A DNA stretch of 64,000 nucleotides from Balanoglossus misakiensis (Eukaryota > Animalia > Hemichordata). Shown one piece after another: positions 53,362-64,000 of the stretch. Position 1 is the stretch's first letter; every line of letters begins with the position of its first letter. The translations under genes and the position numbers were made by a program. The stretch covers positions 2,931,434 through 2,995,433 of the forward strand of contig CM082593.2 of assembly GCA_040954595.2 (NCBI GenBank). The letters run 5' to 3'. The notes beneath the pieces were generated by a model. The model did no database searches. It was not told the origin of the DNA and saw only the letters and a list, made by a program, of their open reading frames with translations.

Positions 53362-53378
53362 GGGGGGGGGGGGGGGGG
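53362..53378 (+). repeat. Poly-G run (G17)
   Basis: 17 consecutive G; shorter runs at 40410-40422 and near 7898, 17562 and 22666. Confidence 0.9.
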
Positions 53379-56093
53379 TGAAAGGGAAATATTTCATCGC
53401 ATCGATGAAGAGGCTTTTGTAATTAATTTTAGAGTCGACATTTGCTCGACATTTCGTAAATATTGCTTTAAGTATAGAAAAGGAGGGTCAATATTATCCG
53501 AACAATTGTGTGCTCTCTCGAAACAATGCTATGTCAACACGGGCTTCGTTGTATAAATAGTTGGAGTGAATAGAACTATGAATTTCGATTTATGAAAATT
53601 GCACCATTGCATGCCTTCTTTCACCAGCCCTACCGTGTGTCATGTCTTTTGCGTCCACAAAGCATTTTTCATGATAGATGAAATAGTTTTCAATGCATTT
53701 CACGATTAAGATCGAGTGTGCGACGTATTTACATTTCACTGTGGCGGTGTTCAGTTTCACTCTTTGCTCTGTCTTGCATTGTATGCGGACGCGAGTTTTG
53801 TGACAGATTTTTAGATTTTTTTATTTCATTCCACCTATGAAATAATTTATGTTTGCTCAGTTTTAACATGACCCATGTGTTTGTAGCTTACAGTGAATTA
53901 TACTTAACCTCATTGAGTGTATTGTTAAGCACCGCATCCATCTGTCCTGTCGCTCGAACTCAGTCGGTGTCATTTGAAAGTTTCCATTGCGTGTAACGAA
54001 CTGAACGCGGAGTGCTCCACGCACAGGTGCATTTTATATTCAAAGATCCCCTGAATGAGGCAAATCTAAAAAAAAGTTTAATCAAATCTACCAAAAAGGG
54101 TAACGGTATTCGTAAAATGGTTGCAAAACTGCAAAAAACTTAAAAGCGAAATTGAGGCATTCTGGGTATATAAACACCAGATTGATCATATGGTTTCAGA
54201 AATATGATGAAACAATATGATGGATACGCGTCATTTAAAGCCCGTGGGTCTTGCTCGACGTCGCTAAGCGAAGGTTGCCAGAGAAATACCGTATAGTCGT
54301 GGATGATGGACCTCACCCCTCCCCCACCTACTACTACTATACGCACAATTGAGGCAACGTGCAGTTCCTTACCACCATGTCACCGAGTAATAAAACAAGA
54401 ATCACGATAGTAACGCTTATTTGCACTGACAGAGAAGACGAGCCAACGGATCGATCATTACCGTCTGGCCCCCACTATGATTGATATGCGCACATATCTT
54501 ATGTAGCTATTCATAAACACAGACACGCATTGCGTAATGTTCTAAAATGAGCCAATTCGTATGCTAGTCACACTCAGCACTACTCCGCTGCGCGTGCGTG
54601 TCAGTACATTTGAAAGTTTAGTCACATTTGGCGCAGATAGCTCAACGTGTGACCAAACTGTTTTTGATTCATTGAAATCAGCGATGCATTCTGAACCTCC
54701 AGTGTACTTAAACCCTCGGTTTGATCAATGTGCTCGTACGTCTGAAGTTGTTTTTAAAAAAAAACTCGGCCCGTTGATTAATTGGCGCACTGCATTAAAT
54801 AGTAATACTTATGTAATATTTGTTAACGTGAAACGTGCATTCTTAAAACTATTGCGTGATCGACGTGCGTGTCTCACGTGTCAAGCCTCGTCAAACTTTA
54901 TGTGGCAACACTCTTGAAATTTTGCCAGTCAGAATCGTAATTTGTGCCAATTTTGCGTAACACCGGTAGCTGATTCAAACCGCAACAGACGGAAAATTGT
55001 AAATGGTTCCAGCTAGTTTCCGAACGTTCCTGGCGTTACAATACCACAATATATAGCCAAAATGTTGGTAATTTCCTGCTAAACTTGTTTTCGGCGTGTT
55101 CACTTAATTGCTAAATGCCGAATTGGTTACAACGCCTTGCGTGCGCTTTTTCCCCTGTAAGACCGTGAGAACGGCAATTCTCATCCGTGCGGGTATTAAA
55201 TCGTGCAAAATCACAAAAATACAAAGTATAGGTTATTGCATCTGAGCGTTCTCTATAATACCTTAGGTGCCATTCAAATATTTAACGCGGTACATGATTA
55301 CCATCCGAAAAACGCCTCGGTTGAAAAGAGACTTTCGACAGGCCATATATCTAACTGCCAGCCGCAAATACCCCTCCGAGGATCCACTGAAATTAATTAA
55401 ATCAATAGACATAAATTATCGGGAGAATATAGCCGTCCAGTTTGCAAAACAAACACTGGGTATAATCAAACATATTACGACTTGATCGAGTCAGACAATT
55501 TGTTCATTTTAAATGCCAATCATGTGTGCAGTGTATGTTTCAAAACGGGTGAGCATGCGTTTGATGGAGATTTTTTTGTCCGTGTTGATCTGCACTTTTG
55601 TCATCGAACACACACATAGTTTAGCTTAATTCCCTCGGGCTCACTTTGGCAGGTAGAGGATGGATTGGGCTCGTTGTTTCAAAAGGCTGTACGCTGTGGG
55701 TTCGGGACGGCGCGGCGTTCAATGCATTTGAACAATGCGTCAGTATTAGTGAGGCTATATTTCTCTCGTTCAAGTACATTTATTCAGAATGTTTGCACAG
55801 ACCTTGAGAGAAGGGGGAAGTCAAACCAATTGTGTCCACGAAACAATACTAAGTGTTTTAGTCTTCTCTTGGAGGTTTCACAGAGATGATTTTAATCCCC
55901 TAAAGGGAAGGTCACGACACGATTTGGTTTTTATTGTTCAGGTTACATGTAAACAAAGTTAAAAGGGGAAATTTGAAAAGAAGTCGATACACAGCAAGTA
56001 TTCTCCGTAAGTGCGATTAAAACGCTCGGTCAACGTTGTGTTGGTGTCGTTTTCCCTACGTCATGTATTCGACGACTACGTGGAATACGGGAT

Positions 56094-56172
56094 GGGGGCT
56101 GAGAGAGGAAGTCAAGGGGGGGGGCAGGGAGGGAGAGGGAACGAGAGATACATGAGAGAGGAGAGAGAGAGG
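56094..56172 (+). repeat. Purine-rich (GA/G)n tract containing a G-quadruplex motif
   Basis: G9-CA-G3-A-G3-AGA-G3 at 56116-56139, inside GA repeats. Confidence 0.8.
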
Positions 56173-59100
56173 TTGAGTTTCCTGTTGCCGTACGCTTACA
56201 TTAATTTTCTGTATACCACCCAACCCGATAATCAAGGGCACTCTATAAACTCCAATGTAAAATTCATCACATCGACTCCGTTCTCAAACCTACGGGACTT
56301 GAGATGCGTCGGCGGCGTTCTTGCGAAACGTGCTCTAATAAGCCAACGGATCTTTCTCCCTCCAAGGTGTGACTAGAGCGGAACTCCGGATGGGGAAGGT
56401 AATAAAGAAAGGCTGGCAAAATCACACCAATTTTACGAGCAGGCAACCCCGGCCACTTGAAACGAACCTCTTAAAAAGCAAACAGTAAACAGAACACGAA
56501 AAAGTGATGTCGTTTACTTTGAAATAAAAAAATAAGACATAAAGACGTTTTATCGCCCGACTCCATTCAACCACCTGAATCCACTGGGAACTTTTCACGA
56601 GCTGTTTGTTTTTGTGCAACAATAGATGTTGGTTTTTTCATTCATTGACAGACAGATGCTCTACTTACAAACGAGCGTGGTAGCCGTGCTGTCATCCACA
56701 CGCGAGGGAGAAAATCACCCTCGGGTTGACACCACCAGCCATTGGAAACAAGCTCATCTCCGGGGAGATCACAGCACCCGATCAGTTACCTGCGCGTATT
56801 TCTGTACCCCCTCTTTGTCGCGTCAACTCGATACTGTCGATTTCCTTGGAGTGCGTTAATATTAGCAAGTATGGTGACATTGGACACTCTCCATTTGAAA
56901 TGCAGACTCGCGTCCAAAACTGTCGACTTCATTACAGGGCGAGCGCTGAAACGTCCGCCTGAACATGACAAGGGACTTTTAACACCGTTCCCGCAAACGC
57001 AGATCATCAACATCTCCGGATGCTGATAAAAACAAAGATTTAAAGCATATTGTGAAATTAAAATTGATGTGGAAAGGTGTGTATACTCTAAGGAATGTGC
57101 TTAGACTGAGTTTCCATTTACAACTGGGCAATGTCATACAACATTTTGCGATAGGATGCGTTCATTATTAGTTCGGGTGGGTGGCAAACATGATTTCAGT
57201 TTGGGTGGCATAATTTAAAAGTTTATAATTTCCCCGAATGTACGCGTGCGTGTCCCGGTCTGTCCGTCATTGTGTCAGAATATAATTTTAGCAAACAAAC
57301 GGAGGCCAGTTGGTGTGACGGCGCTATTTTAATATTTAGATAACGTATTTATCTACTATCGATTTTGCTGCTAAAAGTGGGGAACCGTTGAAAGACTTTT
57401 CTTCCATCGCTTAAGTCTGAGGGAAAGGTACTTCCTTTATTCCCTAGCTTATGTATTTGCCCAGATTCCGCTTGGCGCAAGATTCCAACTGTAATTTCCT
57501 GGTATACGCTAATGTACCGATCTGGGCCCTCCCGTGGGAAATTTCAGTGTTCCAGGTTACCCAAGATTGGATTGTTATTGACAACTCTGGTGACACGAAG
57601 CTCCCCTATCCAGCGCCCAGTCATTACGAATATATCACCACCCTGGCATATTTACGTCAACAAAATGGCGACTCCGAAGTATGACATGTTGTCTGAGTAC
57701 ACGATAGCTCCTTACCGTTAATCCCTCTAAAGACTTGAACAAACCCACAGAGATCTGCTCGGCGCCCTTTAACATGTCCGCCGGCGCAAAGGACGCTGGG
57801 AAGGGTGAATGGGATTCTATGGGATGAAATCTTGCATTTTTCATCCCAAGTATTTGGATTCTCAAACGAAAGCAGCCACAAATGAACACCTTACAATCAT
57901 CGGACGATCTACAAGTTCTTATGGCATTCACATGAAATATAATTGCAGAATCAGGATCGACCAAAATAAATCATTTTCTAATCTATCTAAATAAACAAAT
58001 GGGTACATATTTTCAGAATAAGACCCTTGATCTTTGCTGGGGTTATCTTATCGAATGAATAAGTTTATGGGCGGTGTGTTACTGGTGTGTAGTACTTAAA
58101 TGCTTAAAATTCATGGGCGCCGGTCTTTATCAGACATTTTCACAATTCACCCGGCAACCGACCAAGGGACCGACTCCCCAGCAAACGGTGTATTAAACTG
58201 AGGAGGGGGTTGGTGTGTATTAGACGTCATGCCAACTCGTCTGGCTTTCTAATCCTTTCTGGTGGGAGGGGATGGGGGGCCTCGGTTTGTTTCGTTCCTG
58301 CTGGTTTCTTTTACACAGGATGTTTGCTTGGTCTGTGCAGTTTTGGCGATGGGAAATTTGGCGATGTGCTAGTTATGTTACATGTAAATTAGATAGACTT
58401 ACGTGGCGAGGATATGATGTGTGTTCGTTCGCCCAGACGATAATCTCTTGCAACTTGTGATCCAGCCAGCCGTGGAGAAAGTCCAACCAGGCGTTACTCG
58501 GCAGCATCTGTCGGCGAAAAAACACACAAATATTATCCCTCCTATAGAATCCGGAGAAAAATTGAGATAATTTCCTCTTGGATGACTATACACAATGACC
58601 GCTGGAGAACACCAAGTGTTTGATAGACTTCTGGGCTTTCAGATCTTGCGGACCGATTATATGTCTCCGGGGTGATATATCCCCCCTTTCTAATTTTACT
58701 GGTTTGTGTGTTTTACTGACTCTAGACTATTGAGATGACCCAACCATGTACCGGTGCTTGATTGTTACGTGTCTGTGATATATGTGCAGGGAGATCGCTA
58801 ACTTCACGCTCCGCTGGGTAACACACGTACGTGCTGGACGCTGGATGTCGCGTGCACACCCGGGGGTACAGACGTGGCGGCCAGTGCTTTGGGTTGAATT
58901 GAACAAAAAGTGCGCATTGCTGTATTTTCACAACCGTGTCTGGGTCGCCAAAACAATTTCTGGGTTTTATCCTTTTCAGTTGTACTTCGATATTATGGCT
59001 CTCTCCCATCGAAACATTCGGGCTCATATATGATCGTGTCTTCTTGAATGCAAGTGAGCACAAATCATAAAGTTTCAGCGAAACATATTCAACAAGATGA

Positions 59101-62100
59101 TGATGACAGAGTTCCTAAGCAGTAGTCGGGGATAACTTTCAATCGTCATGAATTTCCTGACCTTACATTTGACCTTCTCTTGGGATTCCAATTTGTCATT
59201 GGCGACATCTGCTGACAGTCTGACTGGAGGGGCAACCCGGGTCAAAATGTTATCGTGGTGCGTATCGGTGAAGCGCTGCGCGTGAGCGTGCGTTGCTGAG
59301 CAACACGGCTCGGATGATTTGCATAAGACATCTTGTCCCCGAACGCAACAGTAAAAATCGGAGTTTCGCCCCTCGTAATCTATTCGTCCATCTGTCTCCA
59401 GAGGGCCAGGGTCACTCATTCCTCCGAGGTAAGGTTGAAAAAACGAGGTATGCTAAATCTCTGGAGAACAGCAATGTTTTCCTTTCATCTCTCTTGACAA
59501 ATAGGGGTATTTATCGATAAGGTTTTCTTCTTGTCAGAATCGAATATAAACATGGAATTTCTGACACACGGGGATGGAGATTTACTCGGCGATAAACTAC
59601 GGTTTGCGTTTTCTTTTCAATGTGTTCAGCCTAGCTGTATTTCAGGTAAATCAGCCGCATTTCTCAGCGCTCAGTCGAGTTCAACAACTTTCCGCGTTTC
59701 CACGTATAGAATGATGGATGTTCGGGTGTTAGAACTCGCCTACGTTTGCCGTCTTTGTCAGAAATGACACAGCGCTAAAATGCTGACTTCAGGTCCGGAT
59801 TTCAATTACTTTCCCAATATAATGACAATGATAGTACTCGAGGGCCCGAACTTTAGTCCGATTTACATTCATATTAAGAGTTGTGACATCATTCGCTTTT
59901 GGTTAATGTCTTCGATGTGTTTTATCGCGGAAAGGAACCGTTGCGAAGAAATAAATCTCGGCTGACGCGAGTACTCTATTTAGGGCGATTGTCGTCGCGG
60001 GAAAAAAAGTATATCTCCGTAGCAGTACGAGTTGAGAAACATTTGGGCCAAAAGTAAAGCTCTGTTACGTACATATGTCGCGATACGTACACCCGTGTGA
60101 CTACGGAAGACATATCTTTTTGTATTTGTGCAAGGTTCGGTGGCAAAATCATAATGTTGAAACATTTGCTGTAGAAACTTGGATGTGAGGCAACTTGTCC
60201 ATTGTATACGATCTACGACGCGGAAATAAAAGTTTGAATTTTCCTGGTGGAGTTCTTCAGCTCGAGGCGTCCATGTCTGTGTGGCAGAATGTTTCGTTTT
60301 GTCCATTGAAATCTCCAGGACAATAAGGGGGGTCTCCTCTGCCAACCTTTTTAACACAGTTTCGTAGTAATTAAAACCACGGAAAGAATGGCTTTATTGT
60401 TCGCTAGCTATTAACGGGCACCAGGTATATTTTTCACACGTGTGGCAAGTGCGTGTAAATTGGGCAAGAAATTAACTTTGGCGTCAGGGAGGTGACAACG
60501 ACTGTCGGGGTGCGAGAACATCGAAAAGGGCTTCTCCCCAATTTTTTGACTGGCAGTCGGTAGTGGAAGTGTTCATAGTACAAATGGCCACGTCCCTTCA
60601 TAACCGAAATGGCGAAAGCGCTGTATCGTGAACATTTTCAATAAAAGAAATTAAATAAAAACGAAAGAATAACGAAAGATAAGGCCACGAACATGAACAG
60701 CACTGACGTTCATACAACAAGGACCGATTTTACACCGTTGCGCACGACGGACAGGTGCAAGTATACGACGATTTGAGGAAGTATAGCATGCAGAAATGAC
60801 TCTGCTAGAATACATCTAGCATCTTGCGTTTTCTTGGTTCGTGTGAAGCCAGAAAACGCTGTGTATAGCTTCTAGACCATCATGCGGTAGTAAGTTTGAT
60901 TAACTGAAAGTATTGCCCCAAACCTTGGACTAACGCAGTTATTCACGCGTGAAAACTTGCTTATCAATCGCAGTTCCTTGTGTACCGAAGGATTCGAATT
61001 GCCAGGCAACTGTTCAAACTGTTGCTAAGGTGAATTTCCAAAACAAATTAAAATGCAAAGTTTGGTCAATTTTCCTTCAGTGAGAAGAAGTATAGATCCT
61101 TGTGAATTAAAAGAAGCGGGGTTTTCGTGCTGATGGCCAGCGCGTCACTGATTTGTAAATGCGCAGTTTTATTTTGTATCTCTCTTCTAAGTGAGAACCG
61201 AATTTTCCAAAATTTAATTTCGGAATATAAGTGCTACCTGTTCAGAGCGCTTAGCATGGATTAGGTTATATGTACAAGTGGGTAATTTCGGGCAATTTTT
61301 GAGACGATAAACCAATTTGAATGACGATTTTGAATGACTGTTATTAAAGTGTGAATGGCTTTATGGCGACATGGATGTGAGGTTGACTGACGGTTTTTAT
61401 CCCATATTTCAATAATGTGCGCCTCCTCTTGACATATGCGCGCAATTCAAATCAAATCACGTATTTATACTTTCGCTTGCTGCGTGCTGGCGCTCTTCAC
61501 TCCAGTGCCTTCCACCGTCAAATGTTCAACACATCTGCAAGCCATCGAAGTCGCGCGGCTGTACTCAGTAACTAGCGCCGCGAAGAATGTGCCCCCGACA
61601 AGCTCAGCTTACAAGAGCAGGATAAAAGTTATTCGATACACAAATGTTAGTTTTAGTCCACGTCGTAGGAATGTCTTCCGATGGGAATAAACACTGCCAT
61701 ACGGCACGTCTTTTATTACAGCACGCACATAACGACGTGATGCGAGAGACTAAGCGATTGGCCACGGCTCCCAGTAAACATACGCGTCCGGTCAAAGCTA
61801 ATGCGAACAGTTATCCAGATCTCGCCCCGACAATCCGGCACTTTTTGTCGTACGTCGACAAAAATAAGGAATGTCACGTCACGAGTTCAGCTCTAAAACC
61901 GTAGTGGTGTATTTCTCTCTGCTTTATCGCGCAAGATCATGTTTTTATGAGTTGTGTATTTGTAGGAGAGGACGACGTTTTTTTTTTCTCTCTCTCTGGG
62001 AAGACAGATCAGCAAGGGTCGACCTCGCCAACGCGTAAAAATTCATCATCTGCGCTCCACGAGCGACACCACAATGAGTACATTAACTTGACTTCTGAAA

Positions 62101-62800
62101 TGGGTAATATCTATTATTAATTTCCTGTGTCAGATGTAAACAGGAAAAAATGGGAAGGGTTTGCAATTTAGCGCAGTGGCATAGCAATATGTTATATAAG
62201 TTTGAGTTACGATGAAGTACGGGATCGTAATGATACGCGGGTAGCTCTGTGGCTAATAGACATTGTATCTTTCATGTATATTTCATCCGTGGTGGTGTAT
62301 ATTTCATTTTTGACGTACTTTTCTTCCAACGCTGTGGAATTTTATACGTCTGGTGTAGAGAAAGAACTTCTTTTATATGTCAGTTCGGTACACACTGTGA
62401 CACGCCACGGCCTTGCTGAAAGAATAAACTGCGATTTGATGCGGCGGTGTCGCGGAATTGTCTGATTTTATTGCGTGGCCGGCGCCAGAACCAAGATTGT
62501 GGCTGGATCTATGCGACTGGGCTTGTGGGTAAAATGGGGACTATTTGGGCATACCTGCGTTACTGAGAGACTCGCGTAGACAAACAAACACGGCGTAGGT
62601 AAACTAACTTGACCCGTAATCGCTAAATAATATGTTGAATCAATGTACAGGGGGACTTTTCGACTGCGACTCCGTAATCACGCGCCCTTTGACATGCCTC
62701 TTAATAATTGGCAGACTGTCCCCACGCCAAATATGTATTTTTTATCTGCAGTAGCAGACCGCTCGAGCGTGTCGGACACACCTGGGTAGTCGCTGGAATT

Positions 62801-62827
62801 GGGGTATGGGGGCAAAACGGGGTGGGG
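62801..62827 (+). other. Four-tier G-quadruplex motif
   Basis: GGGG-TAT-GGGGG-CAAAAC-GGGG-T-GGGG. Confidence 0.6.
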
Positions 62828-64000
62828 AGACACGGTAGGTTTTTTTTGCCATATACCCTGAGGAACTACTGCAATATTTAGGCCATATTACAAAATTACC
62901 TGTAGGAATTGACCCTTTATATGTCAAATAATTTAACCAGCATTACATTTGTTAAGTCAAAGAGTGGGATAGTGTTTACCTGTATTTTTTAATCCCCTTT
63001 ACCGTTTACCACAGTCGGTAGTTTCCTATCGTTGTTTTTATAGCGAAAATGTCAAAAGTGCATTTTTTCAACTTTTCTCTCCCGAAATCAATGTGGGAAA
63101 TCTGGACATATTGACTAAATCAGATCCAATGTGTTTAGCTGCGGAGTACTTAAACCATTTAGGGGAAATTTAAAATATAACCGGCTCCGCAAACTCCTTA
63201 AGATGATCAGCCCCATTTGCTTCCTATTAATGGCGCTTTTTTATCAGCTCTGGATTTTGTCATCACAAAACACGTAACAGACAAACGCGGCACTCAGATG
63301 TCGCCAGAAAAACTAGCCACTGAAGTGTCATTATTGTAAGCGCCTCCTGCTTCTCAGTTCCTATAGAAAACCTCTCCATCACCGCCAGAACGCGTTTTCC
63401 CCGGCACGGACAACTTTTACCACATGTGGGTGCGTCACGAAATCGTTTAACCTTGTGAGGGTCTGGAGCTTTGGATGCAAGTGGAGAGCAAATGTTTCGC
63501 ATCAAACGTTTCCCGTGGAAATGGCCTCGGCGCACATTTGCGGCAGACTGGAAATATTTCCTAATATTTGCATTTGAGATTTGCGTGCTTTTGAAATAAT
63601 TGTCGCCAGATTTCTCGTGTCAACATATCGCTTTTTGCGCTTTGTAGGATTTTCTGCCAGTGACAAAGGCGTTTACACAGTTTAGTAAGATGACCCTCCC
63701 CGATGCCCGGTATATCTGTAGCCAATCCCTGTCGGAACTGACCATCAATTAGACACTCGAACCACGTGGGTTACAATTCCACAAACAATTGTCAGTTTCA
63801 TGGCCAGGGTATTATTCGAGCTGGCGCCAACGTTGTTAGTGCCGAGTAAATTGCGGGGGTCTTGAAACCGTCAGAGTCCATTTGCCAAAGGATAGGTACA
63901 CACGAAAAACAAACAGAACGTGCTTCGACGGAAAAAAGACTCGCCGCACAACTAACGTCAGTTCACTTTCCCGGAGAAGAAATATCTCTATTCATGACTG

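Noticed and set aside
191-63535. All ORFs in the supplied six-frame track (longest 52130..52591, 16027..16485, 44514..44933)
   Set aside because: Short, overlapping on both strands, many with non-ATG starts, no recognisable domains or operon structure; the lengths are what non-coding DNA gives by chance.

Overview
64 kb of eukaryotic, essentially non-coding DNA, roughly 40% GC by eye with CpG not obviously depleted. It has microsatellites and a recurrent TACATGTA octamer, consistent with a marine invertebrate such as a hemichordate or echinoderm (inference only). None of the supplied ORFs (all <=153 aa) looks like a real gene, and I see no rRNA, tRNA, CRISPR array or prokaryotic gene structure. 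The one protein-like signal is missing from the ORF track: a 204-bp minus-strand first exon (31799-31596; ATG to GTAAGT donor) encoding a nine-cysteine CXC/CRC-type zinc cluster. It is interrupted by an in-frame TGA and is preceded by YY1-, ZNF143- and NRF1-like promoter motifs and a TTAA-bounded terminus, so it is most likely a decayed DNA-transposon (possibly Kolobok) gene fragment. The rest reads like a gene-desert or large-intron regulatory landscape: clustered octamer and CRE sites, repeated RFX X-boxes, perfect palindromes, a CRE-TATA-Inr candidate promoter, G-quadruplex motifs and simple repeats. Motif counts are manual and expected counts are rough estimates.
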